A stretch of 64,000 nucleotides of DNA from the human T2T-CHM13v2.0 reference genome, Homo sapiens, in the NCBI RefSeq assembly GCF_009914755.1, contig NC_060936.1; one strand, 5' to 3'. Position numbers and translations under genes: made by a program. The notes below the pieces were generated by a model. It was not told the origin of the DNA, searched no databases, and was given only the letters and a program-made list of their open reading frames with translations. Below are positions 40,202-53,585 of the stretch, in pieces (position 1 is the first letter of the stretch; each line of letters starts with the position of its first letter).

Positions 40202-40502
<301 letters not shown>

Positions 40503-41882
40503 CTACTGTCTCACCAATATAACCATTTGATCTCATATTATGTTTAAAAAACCCCTTTTTTGTCATATTTAAAGTTTTATTAACACAAAAGTTAGGGTGA
40601 TGAAAAGATAATCTCTTTCTTCACAAAGTGTGAAATTTCTATGGTTTGGCAGAGCTGTGGAAAAGCCCTGTTACCTTCCTGAGAGTTGGATGCTATTCCT
40701 GTTAGATTGGGGAGAATAATATCTATTATTGCTGGTATTGGGATTTTCTTAATCATATAAAGTACAGTGAAAGCAAATATATCTAGGTCCCTCTCATCTG
40801 GAACCTTTATGAGATGGATCACCAGTCATTCATGATATTGATTCTTAAGTAAGCTCGTGTCATATTATCCTTTCTACTTTAGAATGCATGTTTTTCCCCA
40901 GTCTAGAAAAAAATCCAATAAATCATTAACTTCAGAGAAAAGTGATGTATTAAGAAAAAATAGAAAATATGGTGGAGAAACTCATATGTGAGAATGCTGG
41001 ATGAAAATACTATTTGCTTTAAGCTATTAAAGTTTTTTTTCATGGCTCTTGCTCCCTGTGCTTTAAGGTTTTTGAAAGGAGGCAAAGTTAAATCCATCCA
41101 TATCACAAGTCTCTCAATTGTTCAATATCCCACTTATCAATTAAAAGAATAGGCATGCCTAATTGATTAGTAAGCATTTGGCTCCTCCACCTCTATTCTT
41201 TTGGTCATGGAACGCTTAGAATTGATGAAAAGGTAACTGACAGTGTGCAGAGAGAAGGAAGAGGCCTCAGAGTAGGTGCTCAACAAAATCTAATTGGATT
41301 GAGAAAAATCGTAGATTCTTTGAAGACTACATGATTTTCCTTTTGATTAAGGAAAATTGTTGGAACACAAAAGCACAAGTAATAAAATCTTTATTATGAT
41401 AGAATGTAGTAATCATGCAGAAACTCATATAAAATAAAGCATTGGCAAATAACCTTTAACTCTGTAATGGCTTTCAAAACTTTCCCAGACAAGTTCAATT
41501 CAGGCCAGATTTTAATGAACCCCCTGCAGTATGCCCCCACTTGATTAATTTCCTTTCCCTTCTTCTTACTATTTCAGACTTTCATCCTCTCTAGGCAGAC
41601 AAAATCATCACCATTTCTTTCAAATAGCTCCTTCAAGTGTAACCTAGTTGAACTAACTAATTCACAGTCTTTTATCTGCCAGTCTGTTTTATTCCCTCAT
41701 CTCCACAAAGCCTTTCCTGACCTAGGGAATGGAACCTTGGTACCCTTTCCCGGGCAATTTGGACTCAAAGATATTTACAACAAGCAAGCAAACATAAAAG
41801 ATCTCTAATTCCCTTTGGCAGCCCTAGAGTCGTCTGTAAAATTTCCAAAAGCTGAGCTGGAAAAACATGCCAAGAGAGCACA

Positions 41883-42136
41883 GCCGGGCACGGTGGCTCA
41901 CGCCTGTAATCCCAGCACTTTGGGAGGCCGAGGCGGGCAGATCACTTGAGGTGAGGAGTTCAAGACTAGCCTGTCCAACATGGTGAAACCCTGTCTCTAC
42001 TAAAAAAAAAAAAAAAAAAAAAGTAGCCGGGCATGAGGCTGAGGCAGGACAATGGCCTCCCAGGAGGTGGAGGTTGCAGTGAGAGATCACACCATTGCAC
42101 TCCAGAGAGTGAGACTCTGTCTTAAAAAAAAAAAAA
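41883..42136 (+). mobile_element. AluS-type SINE with right-arm deletions
   Basis: Intact left arm, expanded middle A-tract, right arm missing several blocks. Confidence 0.9.
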
Positions 42137-42418
42137 TAGCACTGAGCCAAGGGCGGAGCAGGAGTCTGATTCAGGGGAGTGGGAGAGGCTGCACGAAGCA
42201 GGAGCGTTTCATGGAGAGCCTTGGACTTGCCAATGGTTGACAGACATCGCGGGAGGGAACTCAGAGCATAGTTGTCAGGTAGGGGAGTGGCAGTGCTGCA
42301 GATTGGAGAGGGACATGTTCTGAGAGCCTGTCTTCCTAGGTGTGGATCCTGGCTCTGATACTAAATAGCTGAGAGACCTTGGGCAAGTCCCTTAAAGTCT
42401 CTAGGTCTCATGGGTGTG

Positions 42419-42779
42419 TATATTAGTTCATTCTCACACTGCTATAAAGATACTATCTGAAACTGGGTAATTTGTAAAGAAAGGAGGTTTAATTGACTCA
42501 CAGTTCTGCATGGCAGGAAACTTACAATCATGGTGCAAGGCAAAGGGGAATCAAGCAAGAGAGAGAGCATGGCAGCAGGCAAGAGAGAGAGCAAGCAGGG
42601 GAAATGCCAGACACTTATCGAGCAATCAGATCTCTTGAGAACTCCCTCGCTATCAGAAGAACAGCATGGAGGAAACCACCCCCGTGATCCAATCACCTCC
42701 CACCAGTTCCCTTCCTTGACAGGTGGTGATTACAATTTGAGATGAGATTTGGGTGGGGACACAGAGCCAAACCATATCA
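42419..42779 (-). mobile_element. MST-family MaLR solo LTR inside a MIR
   Basis: tattagttcattctcacactgctataaag...ggggacacagagccaaaccatatca; TSD-like GTGTG/GTGTA. Confidence 0.88.
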
Positions 42780-43239
42780 GTGTAAAAACCATATCACTTT
42801 GTAAAAAGTTATGTGGGCTCACTTTAATACAGGTCCTGAAAGAAATACTTTACCTTTTAATGCTATCATTTTATTTGAAATTATGTAAATTTTATTTTTT
42901 TTTTAGAATCTTGAACTCTCTGGGGAGAAGGTATAACTCTGACTTTCTAAAGCACATTCAGGTTCACTTAATATTTATGACATTGATGTGCTTTGACTAT
43001 GAAATAAATTTACATTTTCACCTAACTTAACATTTTAAAAACTTGTCTTCATGATTTCGAAGGTAGTGGCTTTTTAATTTTTAATATTTAGTAAAATGTT
43101 TGATTCATAAATGTATCCTGACCATATTTAGGTGGTTTCCTAATTCTAATTCTATTCCTAATTTAAGTAGCAGTTTTTCCAAATAATAAAGCTCATTATC
43201 TCCTCTGTGAATCCAGATTATTTTGAAAGTTTTAGCTCT

Positions 43240-45340
43240 TGTAATAAGGCAAGAGAATAAAATCTGTAAACATAAATATTAAGAAATAACAGGCAAACTT
43301 ATATTTATTTGTAAATACTATCATTTTAAAACCCAAACCCAAGCGTTTTTAGAAATGATTAGAACTAAGAGAATCTGATAAAGTGGCTGGATATAAAAAT
43401 TAATAATTTCTTTCTTCTAGGAATAATAATTTAAAATGGAAATTTTTAAAATAGTGGCAAAATTATAAAATGCCTAGGAATAAATTTAACAAAAATAGTA
43501 CAGGATATAAGTAAAGATAAGGATGTAGTTTTAATAACAGACAACTTTTCTATACTATTCATTTAAAAAACCTTCCTGTCTCCTGAATTGTAAAATCAAC
43601 TAGTCATATGTTAATAATACCCTATCATCACTTCTAATTAACATTGTATGGGAGTTCTTAGCCTGTGAAATAAAGGAAGAATTTTTAACAGGTGTAAGTA
43701 TGGGAAAGAAAGAAAGAAAGCTTTCATTATTCACAGACATAGAAAACCCAAAATAGTCTTCAGAAAAACTCTTAGAATGAATAAGTGAATTTAGCAAAGT
43801 TGCTGTCTGTACTATCACTGGAAATATAAATTTTGTTTCTATATAACAGAAGCAATAATCAGAAATTTTAAAAAATTAAACTCTCATTTATAGTAGTACC
43901 AGAAAATTCACATGGACATACAAAGGACCTAGAATAGCTAAGACCATCTAAAAGGAACAAAGTGGAGGGACTTAAACTTCTACCTATCAAATCTCATTAA
44001 AGAGCTACAATAACACTGCATGAGATTGCTGTAAGTATAGATAAATAGAGTTAGAGAGGATAGGTAGGTAGGTGGGTAGGTAGATAGTCTCTATATATTT
44101 ATAGAATAGAAATGCTCTCTCTTCATCTATCTGGACTCTCCGTTGTATTTCTATATAATAAGTCCAGGAAGAGATCCATACATATACAATCCCATGATTT
44201 ATGACAGAGGTAACTCATCTTTTCAATAAATGAGTTGGGTCAATTGGATATCTAAAAATAATGCACCTCAACCCTTACTTTACAGAATATACAAAGTGAA
44301 TTCCAAATTGATTGTGGCAATAAATGTGGAAGATAAAACAATAAAGCTAGAGGAAATAATAAGAGATTATCTTCATGACCTTGGTGTTAGCAAAGCTTTC
44401 ATAAATAGGATGCACTTTTGAAAGTACCAATCATAAAGAAAAGACTGATGGATTGGACTATATTTTAAGATACCATAAAGAGGGCAAAATGGCAAGCCAC
44501 AGAGTGGGAGAAATTTTTATATATACCCCAACAAAGGACCTGTTTCTAGATTATATTAAGAATTCCTGTATATATGAATGAGAAAAAGACACCTCAATAT
44601 AAATTGGACCAAAGACCTGTACTTCAACAGAGTCCTATACTTAAGTTCAGTGTTACTAGTTTTCAGGGATGTGACATTAAAAACATAGTATGGTGGTATA
44701 TGACACATGCAAAACATACCGGAACAGCCACTGTTTTAAACAGAAATTGTCAGAGTTTGTGAAGATGTGGAATAACTGGAGCTGGTGGAAAATATAAATT
44801 AGAAAATTGTTGAGGTACATTATTTTTAGATATCCAATTATTTTTAGATATCAGCTTAAAGAGGAATATACATGTACCTGGTGTATATGCCTAATAGAAA
44901 TGTGACATATATGCATCAAAAGATATTTTTATTCATAACACCAAAAAATTGGAAGTAACTCAACTGGCCATCAACTGGAAAAATGAATAAATTGTATTAC
45001 ATTCATACAATGAAAACTACGTATCAATAAGAATGAACAAACTATTGCTTCATTCAACAACATGGATGAAACTCAAAAAAGCCAGACAGGAAAGATTACA
45101 TATTGCAAGATTCTATTCATATGCAGTAAAAACAAATACATATATATACACACCTGGTCAGTGACTAGGAGGGAGCACCAGGGAGACTCCTTGAGTGCTG
45201 ACCATGTTCTATTTCTTGACCTGGGTGATGATTACATGAATATATTCATTTTGAAAAAAAGTGTATATGCAAGTTGCACATTTATGACTTCTCCTTTTCT
45301 GTCTACATGTTATAATTCAATCAGAAGAATTTTTACTTAA
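43240..45340 (+). mobile_element. Degraded ancient L1M (ORF2 3' part and 3'UTR) fragments
   Basis: A-rich strand with L1 ORF2 relics (aaaatgcctaggaataaatttaac; ttagaatgaataagtgaatttagcaaagttgc; EDKTIKLEEIIRDYLHDLG). Confidence 0.75.
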
Positions 45341-46469
45341 AAGAATTTTTACTTTTTACTTAAAAGAATTGTGTTTGGCAAGAGGAAAATATAGAGCACT
45401 GTATTTTAGCATGATAGAAATAACTAAAGTTTGAAGCATCTGACTTGTCTACCAACAGGCTTAAAATGCCTGGAATGTCTAGAAAGGAAGGCATAATAAC
45501 ACAAGGGTCGGTTCTGACATTTTAGGGTAGTTTGTGTTCTCCTGAGAACCAACAAGGATTAATAACTCCTGGGTGACAACTGCTTTATTTTATCTTTCTA
45601 ATCTGTTGCTTTCACTCGTGGCCTCCATAAATAAACTAAGCAATTAATCTTCATCCTTTGACAAATGACCACTTGTCTCTGGAGGCTCAATGACAAGGTC
45701 AGAGACCAAAATGCTCTATTTGTATCTAGTATATAAATTATGTCGTGAAGATAACCCTAATGTTAAGTAAAATTAACGTAGCCACTTTATTTTTTTTAAA
45801 AAGCCATTCCTATCTTTAACATGGAAAGTATTCCACAATGAAAGCAATAGAGCACAAAAGAAAATACAAATATATTAATGCTAATTATTATTTCTTTGTT
45901 TCCTACCTTGATTATCTGCTAAAAGGATTAAGTCAGACATGAGATAATTCATTACTATAAAATAGGTGGACTATTTAGTGCAGTTAAGTAGCAAAGAGAT
46001 ACAACCATAATAATCATGGTAAACACATATAATTTCAACATATTAATAAACCGGTTAACATTAGCTTGCCAAAATGTTTCTTGTATTTTTCTGAATAAAA
46101 AATAGTAGCGAAATAGCAAAACAACAACAACAACAACAAAGATGTGTAACATTCTCTAATATATTACCTTGAGTGTAGGGAAACCCTCATATATTGCTGG
46201 TTGAAATGATAATTGCCCCAACATATTTGGAAAGTAATTCTGGCAATAAATGTTAAGGTGTAAAAGGTAAATGGCATATGACTAAAAAACAACTTTAGAG
46301 AATCAATAGTACAAAAATTGAAAGCACTTGTGTACAAAAATATATATAAATAAGCAAGCATGTATAAAAACTAGAAAAAAACTCTATAGGGAATGATTGT
46401 ATAAATCAGGATACAGCCAGTCCATGAAGTGTTAGGTAGCCATTTAAAAGGATGTGTTCAATAATGATA

Positions 46470-46584
46470 ATCATATGTAGCCTTTATTGAGTCATCATTG
46501 TATGCCAGGTACCATTCTATGTTTTATTTGAATAAACTCATTTAATCCTTGTAACAAGATGATATAGGAACTATTATAATGTCT
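46470..46584 (-). mobile_element. MIR, left part (resumes at ~51049-51530)
   Basis: tttattgag...tatgccaggtacc...aactcatttaatcctt; the other half (cacatagctggtaagtggtgaggtctgaatttgaaac) lies beyond the L1. Confidence 0.7.
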
Positions 46585-46696
46585 TTTTTTTAACTTTTAT
46601 TTTAGGTTCGGAATACATGTGAAGGTTTGTTACATAGGTAAACTCATGTCTTGGGGCTTTGTTGTACAGATTATTTTATCACTGAGGAATTAAGCC

Positions 46697-49030
46697 TGTA
46701 TTAGTATGTTCTAAATAAAGACATATCTAAGACTGGATAATTTGTAAAGGAAAGAGGTTTAATTGAATCACAGTTCTGCAGAACCAGGGAGGCCACAGGA
46801 GATTTACAATCATGGCAGAAGGGGCAGCAAACATGTCCTTCTTCACATGGGGGCAGCAAGGAGAAGTGTGCAGTGAAGTTGGGGAAAAGGCCCTGATAAA
46901 ACCATCAGATCTCACGAGAACTCACTCACTATTACGAGAACAGTATGATGGTAACTGCCCCCATGATTAGATTACCTCCCACCAGGTCCCTCTCATGACA
47001 CATGGGGAATATGGGAACTATAGTTCAAGATGAGATTTGGGTGGGGACACAGCCAAACCATTTCATTCTGCCCCTGGCCCCTCCCAAATCTCATGTCCTC
47101 ACAATTCAAAACACAATCAGGCCATCTAACAGTCCCCCAAAGTCTTAATTCATTCCAGCATTAACTCAAAAGTCCAACTCCAAAGTCTCATCTGAGACAA
47201 GGCAAGTCCCTTCCACCTATAAACCTGTAAAATCAAAAGAAGGTTAGTTACTTCCTAGATACAATGGGGGTACAGACACTGGATAAATACACCCATTCCA
47301 AATGGGAGAAATTGGCCAAAATAAAGGGGCTACAGGCCCCATGCAAGTCCAAAATCCAAAAGGGCAGTCATTAAACCTTAAAGTTCCAAAATGATCTCCT
47401 TTGACTCCATGTCACACACCCAGGGCTTGCTGATGCAAGAGGTGGGCCCCCACAGCCTTGGGCAGCTCTGCCCCTGTGCGTTTGCAGGGTATAGCCCCCC
47501 TCTTGGGTGCTTTCATGGGCTGGTGTTGAGTGTCTGTGGCTTTTCCAGGTGCACAGTGCAAGCCGTCAGTGGATCTACCCTTCTGGAGTCTGGAGGATGG
47601 TGGCCCTCTTCTCACAGTTCCACTAGGCAGTGCCCCAGTGGGACTCTGTATGGGAGCTCTGACCCTACATTTCTTTTCTGTACTGCCCTAGCAGAGGTTC
47701 TCCGTGAGGGCCCTGTCTGCAACATACTTCTGCCTAGACATCCAGGCATTTCCATATATCCTCTGAAATCTAGGTGGAGGTTCCCAAACCTCAATTCTTT
47801 AGTTCTGTGCACCCACAGGCTCAACACCATGTGGAAGCTGCCAAGGCTTGGGGCTTTCACTCTCTGATGCCATGGCCTGAGCTGTACCGTGGCCCCTTTT
47901 AGCCATGGCTGGAGCAACTGGGAGGCAGGACCCCAAGTCCCTAGGCTGCACACAGGAGGGGCCATCCTGGACCCGGCCCCTGAAGCCATTTTTCCCTCCT
48001 AGACCCTGGGCCTGCCCCGAAGGTCTCTGACTTGCCCTGGAGCATAAATTGTGATGTTTTCTCCATTGTCTTGGTGATTAACATTTGGCTCCTTTTTACT
48101 TATGCAAATTTATGCAGGAGGCTTGAATTTCTCCCCAGAAAATGAATTTTTCTTTTCTATTGCATTGTCAGGCTGCAAATTTTCCAAACTTTTATGCTCT
48201 GCTTCCTCTTGAACACTTTGCTGCTTAGAAATTTCTTTTGCCAGATACCCTTAATTATCTCTCTGAAGTTCAGAGTTCCACAGATCTCTAGGGAGGGCAG
48301 GGGCAAAAGGCCGCCAGTCTCTTTGCTAAAGCATAACAAGAGTCACCTTTGCTCCAGTTCCCAACAAGTCCCTCATCTCCATCTGAGACCACCTCATCCT
48401 GGACTTTATTGTCCATATCACTATCAGCATTTTGGTCAAAGCCATTCAACAAGTCTCTACGAACTTCCAAACTTTCTCACATCTTCCTGTCTCCTGAGCC
48501 CTCTAAGTCTCTAGGAAGTTCCTAACTTTTCCATATTTTCCTGTCCTCTTCTGAGCCCTCCAAACTGTCCCAACCTCTGCCTGTTACTCACTTCCAAAGT
48601 CATTTCCACATTTTCAGGTATCTTTACAACAGTACCCCACTTCTGTTACCAACTTACTGTATTAGTCTGTTCTCACACTGCTAATAAAGACATACCTGAT
48701 ACTGGGTAATTTGTAAAGAAAAGAGGTTTAATATACTCACAGTTCTGCAGGACTGGGGAGGCCTCAGGAAACTTACAATCATGGTGCGAGGGGAAGCAAA
48801 CACATCCTTCTGCACATGGCAGCAGCAAGGAGAAGTGCAGAGTGAGGTGAGGGAAAAGCCCCTTATAAAACCATCAGATCTCATGAGAACTCACTATCAC
48901 AAGAACAGCATGGAGGTAGCTGTCCCCATGATTCAATTACCTCCCACCGGGTCCCTCCCGTGACACATGGGGATTATGGGAACTACAGTTCAAGATGAGA
49001 TTTGAGTGGGGACACAGCCAAACCTTATCA
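46697..49030 (-). mobile_element. Full-length THE1 (C/D-like) MaLR element: 3'LTR 46697-47065, internal 47066-48657, 5'LTR 48658-49030
   Basis: Two direct ~370-bp LTRs, ~1.6-kb THE1-int, polypurine tract (reverse gggaggggccaggggcagaa) next to the 3'LTR, TSD-like AAGCC/AA(A)CC. Confidence 0.93.
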
Positions 49031-49351
49031 AACCTAGTACCCAATAGTTATCTTTTCTGTTCCTCTGCCTCCTCCCACCTTCTACCCTCAAGTAGACCCT
49101 GGTGTCTGTTGTTTCCTTCTTTGTGCCCATAAGTTCTCATAATTTAGCTTCCACTTGTAAGTGAAAATGTGGTATTTGGTTTTCTGTTCCTGCGTTAGTT
49201 TGCTGAGGATAATAGCCTCTAGCTTCATCCATGTTCCACAAAAGACATGATCACGTTCTTCTTTTATGGCTGCATAGTATTCCATGGCGTATATGTACCA
49301 CATTTTCTTTATCCAATCTGTCATTGATGGGCATTTAGGTTGATTCCATGT

Positions 49352-49708
49352 TGATATGATTTGGCTCTGTATCTCTACCCAAATCTCATCTCAAATTGTA
49401 ATTCCCATGTGTCAAGGAGGGACCTGGTGGGAGGTGATTGGATAATGGGAGTGGTTTCCCCCATGCTGTTCTTGTGATAGTGAGTTCTCATGAGATCTGA
49501 TAGTTTAAAAGTGGCTCTTCCTCCTTTGTTCTCTCTTTTCTCCCACCCCGCGAAGAGGGTGCTTGCTTTCCCTTTGCTTTCTGCCATAATTATAAGTTTC
49601 CTGAGTCCTCGCCAGCCATGTGGAACTGTGAGTCAATTAAACCTCTTTTCTTATAAATCATCCAGTCTCAGGCAGGTCTTTATAGCTGTATGAAAACGGA
49701 TCAATATA
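49352..49708 (+). mobile_element. MSTA-like MaLR solo LTR
   Basis: tgatatgatttggctctgt start, ATTAAA at 49636-49641, TSD CATGT/CACGT; splits L1 gattccatgt|ctttgctattg. Confidence 0.9.
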
Positions 49709-50403
49709 CACGTCTTTGCTATTGTGAATAGTGTTGCAATGAACATTTGTGTGCACATGTCTGAAGTCTTAATGGTAGAATGATTTGTATTTCTCTGGGT
49801 ATATAACCAGTAATGGGATTACTGGGTCTAATGATAGTTCCACTTTTAGCTCTTTGAGGAATCACCATACTGCTTTCCACAATGGTTGAACTAAGTTACA
49901 CTCCCACCAACAGTGTATAATGTTCCCTTTTTCTCTGCAACCTTACTAGCATCTGTTATTTTTTGACTGTTTAATATAACAGGTGTGAGATGGTATCTCA
50001 TTGTGGTTTTGATTTGCATTTCTCTAATGATCAGTGATATTGAGCTTTTACTATATTCTTCTTGGGTGCATGTATGTCTTCTTTTGAAGTGTCTGTTCAT
50101 ATCCTTTGCCCGTTTTTTAGTGGGATTGTTTTTCTCTTGTAAATTTGGTTTCAGTTCCTCATAGATGCTGGATATTAGAGATTCATCAGATGCATAGTTT
50201 GTAAATATTGTCTCCCATTCTCTAGGTTGTCTGTTTACTCTTATAGTTTCTTTTGCTATGCAGAAGCTCTTAAGTTTAATTAGATCCCACTTGCCAATTT
50301 TTGCTTTTGTTGTGATTGTTTTTAGTGTCTTTGTCATGAGACCTTTGCTCATTCCCATGTCCAGCTTTGTATTGCCTAGGTTATCTTTCAGGGTTTGTAT
50401 AGT

Positions 50404-51048
50404 GTTGAAAAGGCAATACTGTTTGCAATTGCCACAAAAAGAATAAAATACCTAGGAATACAGCTAATCATGGAGGTGAAAGATCCCTGCAATGAGAATT
50501 ATGGAACACTGCTCAAAGAAATCAGGGAAGACACAAACAAATGGAAAAGCATCCCATGCTCATTGAAATGAAGAATCAATATCATTAAAATGGCCATACT
50601 GTCCAGAGCAATTTACAGATTCAACACTATTCTTATCAAACTACCAACAACATTCTTCACAGAACTAGAAAAAACTGTTTTAAAATTAATGGAACTAAAA
50701 TTATGGAACCAAAAGACAGCCTAAATAGCCAAGGCAATCTTAAGCAAAAAGAACAAAACTAGAGGCATTATGTTACTTGACTTCAAACTACACTACGGGA
50801 CTACAGTAACCACAACAGCATGGCACTGGTACAAAAACAGGCACATAGACCAATGGAACAGAATAGAGAACCCAGAAATGTTGCCACATACCTATGACCA
50901 TCTGATTTTCAACAGAGGTGACAAAAAAAAGCAATGGGGAAAAGGCTTCCTCTTCAATAAATGGTGCTGGGGTAGCTGGCTAGCCATAAGCAGAAGACTG
51001 AAGCTGGACCCCTTATTTATACCATATACAAAAATCAATTCAAAATAG
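50404..51048 (+). mobile_element. Inverted 5' segment of the same L1 (ORF2)
   Basis: + strand ORF2 (LLDFKLHY...[17 protein letters not shown]) ending just upstream, in L1 coordinates, of where the - strand segment starts. Confidence 0.88.
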
Positions 51049-51145
51049 ATAATTTCTAGCTTATGCATGTGGAAATTAAAGTTCAAACAGATCAAACATT
51101 TTACCCAGTTTCACATAGCTGGTAAGTGGTGAGGTCTGAATTTGA

Positions 51146-51489
<344 letters not shown>

Positions 51490-52600
51490 CCAGGATGCAC
51501 ACTCTTAACACTGTGTAGTTATTCTGCCTCCCTGAATTGATTAAGGAGGGATTTGTCTTACATATTGCTAATTGAAAAAGCCAATAATGGCAACCTAATA
51601 ATTCCATTTTTTTTAAAAAAAGAAAAAAACCATCTGGAAGGATACTCTCCAATCTGGAAACATTGATTATATTAGGATTGATCAAGGAAGGGAGAGATTA
51701 TTAATTTTTTATTTATTCACCTCTCTATTGTTTGCAGTTATAGAAAACACTGGAATACTTTATCATTTTTTTAATCCAAGAAAGTGACAAAAAAGTTAAC
51801 AAAAACCAGCCTCCAAATACAATATTCACATTTAGGTTCATTATGCTTTTTTAAGAATAAAATGAATGACTGGCTTATTTAACAAGTAGACAAGAAATTA
51901 ATAAAAACTTGTTCTCTAATTTTTTTTTTTTTTTTTTTTTTAACCAGGATTCAGACCCACAAGGCTGTAACTCATTGTGGTCATTCTACACAAGTATATA
52001 CCTAGATTGGCATGAAGTGGGTCCCCAGCAAACATTTGTTTTCTTTCCGTCATTTTTGTTCTCTCTTCCCTGTCCTTCCCCCAATCAATAACCAGTTCTA
52101 TGACCACAAAAGCCGTCTTTATTTTCCATTTTTCAGCCTGCCCAGGATGACTTTGGCTGTACTAGCTCTCGCTCGTGATAACACGGTGCCTCTTTTAGAT
52201 ACACTGATCTCCAAACATAGCTTCCTGGTGCATCCTTCTTCACTGTGTCAAGACTTATGCTCCAAATGAGAGAGGGAGATTTGCCAACTGGTCAATCTGT
52301 TATGCAGGAAAGCGTTTTATTAGGAGAAGGGCCAAAAGTCTTACATTTAGAACCATGTACAATGATTACCTAAATACAAATAGTCCATGTTTTTAGAAGT
52401 GTTTGCTGTTTAATAGGATGTAGAATGATATGTGTGCCATTTCAGCAGTTTAGAGGTATGAAACTTTGTGCCTTACCTGAGACACACAAGTTAGCTATCT
52501 TTCATATAAAATTATTAGAAATTGCTATTTGGGTATTTTGAGAACTTTGTCAACAGTTTGAAACAATGCATTTCATGAACACTTTTATGTTTTTCCTCAG

Positions 52601-52720
52601 GTCCCATTTGATATCTCACTGCCATCTATATTCAATCTTGAGAGACTTTTTGATCTGGCTAATGGTTGCATTTTATCAGGAGGAAGCCTTTTCAACTGGA
52701 TAGTGTCAATTATTCCCTGA
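52601..52720 (+). CDS. CFAP54: Last coding exon, VPFDISLPSIFNLERLFDLANGCILSGGSLFNWIVSIIP* (TGA at 52718-52720)
   Basis: Strong acceptor tttatgtttttcctcag|GTC, 39 codons then TGA; phase 0 matches the preceding exon. Confidence 0.85.
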   Translation, partial: VPFDISLPSIFNLERLFDLANGCILSGGSLFNWIVSIIP

Positions 52721-52734
52721 ATATCCTATACACG
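52721..52734 (+). other. CFAP54: 14-nt 3'UTR part of the stop-containing exon, followed by a 5' splice donor (ACG|GTAACC)
   Basis: Donor-like GTAACC at 52735; no AATAAA immediately after the stop. Terminal non-coding exon not located in this window. Confidence 0.6.
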
Positions 52735-53040
52735 GTAACCTTATACAGGATTTAATTGTTGTTGTTTCTCTTCATTTGAGCTAAGTTTTTGGAACGGTCC
52801 TCTTATAACAACAAACATAAAATTGTTTTTTTACACAAGCTAAATTTCTTTAAAATTATTATTTTGAGGAATGTCTTAAATTGTACCTGAATTAAATGAC
52901 GGTGCTGCTGCTTATTAAAACTATCTTACAGAGCTATTCATAGAAAACAAGTTTATGTGCAGTGCAACTGTTTTCACATTTGGAGTCATTTATGTTTAGG
53001 TTGTTTTTGGACAGGTCCATAAAGCAAGATTGGATTAAAC

Positions 53041-53234
53041 CAGTGGTTCTCAATTGGGAGTGATTTTGTCCATTAGGTGACATTTGACAGTGTCTGGAGA
53101 CGTATTTGGTTGTTATCACGGGTAGAGTACTAGTGGCATCCAGTGAGTAAACATCCTACAAGGCACAAGACGGCTCCCACAACAAAGAATTATCAAGCCC
53201 AAAATGTCACTAACGCTAGTCTTGAAAAACCCTC
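53041..53234 (+). mobile_element. MER20 hAT-Charlie MITE
   Basis: cagtggttctcaa...gacatttgacagtgtctggagac...cccacaacaaagaattatc...gaaaaaccctc; 8-bp TSD GATTAAAC/AATTAAAC. Confidence 0.88.
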
Positions 53235-53334
53235 AATTAAACCCCGACATGTGGTAATTTCAACTTTGGAAATTCTCTAAATGGCTTGGGAAAAAATCTG
53301 TAGCAAATGAGACCTTCCATATTTTATACTTCTG

Positions 53335-53585
53335 AGAGGCAATATTGCATAGAATTTTAGAGTGCCAGCTTTAGAATTGTATAGACCTGGGTTTAAATAG
53401 TAACTTTGCCATTTGCTAGCTTTGCTACTTTGGAGAATTAACTTAAATTCTGTAAGCTTTTATTTCTTCATCTGTAAAATGGGGATGTTGGTATCTATCT
53501 CATAGGATTGCTGTGTGTATTAATTAGGTGAGTTGAATTAATAAGGTGCTTAGCACAATGCCTGATGTAATAATAGAGTGCTGGG
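53335..53585 (+). mobile_element. MIR SINE
   Basis: agacctgggtttaaat; tttcttcatctgtaaaatgggga; gtgcttagcacaatgcctg. Confidence 0.75.

Larger units (their letters stand above)
46585..50403 (-). mobile_element. Older primate L1 (L1PA13-16/L1PB-like), 3' non-inverted segment, interrupted by THE1 and MST
   Basis: T-tail and 3'UTR at 46585-46696, continuing 49031-49351 and 49709-50403; ORF2 peptides [33 protein letters not shown]. Confidence 0.9.

Noticed and set aside
46781-46795. CCTCCCT core (- strand) in the THE1 3'LTR as a PRDM9 hotspot motif
   Set aside because: Followed by GGTTCT, not AGCCAC; the full THE1B hotspot motif is absent.
47391-48963. ORFs up to 158 aa
   Set aside because: THE1 internal/LTR-derived, disrupted and non-autonomous.
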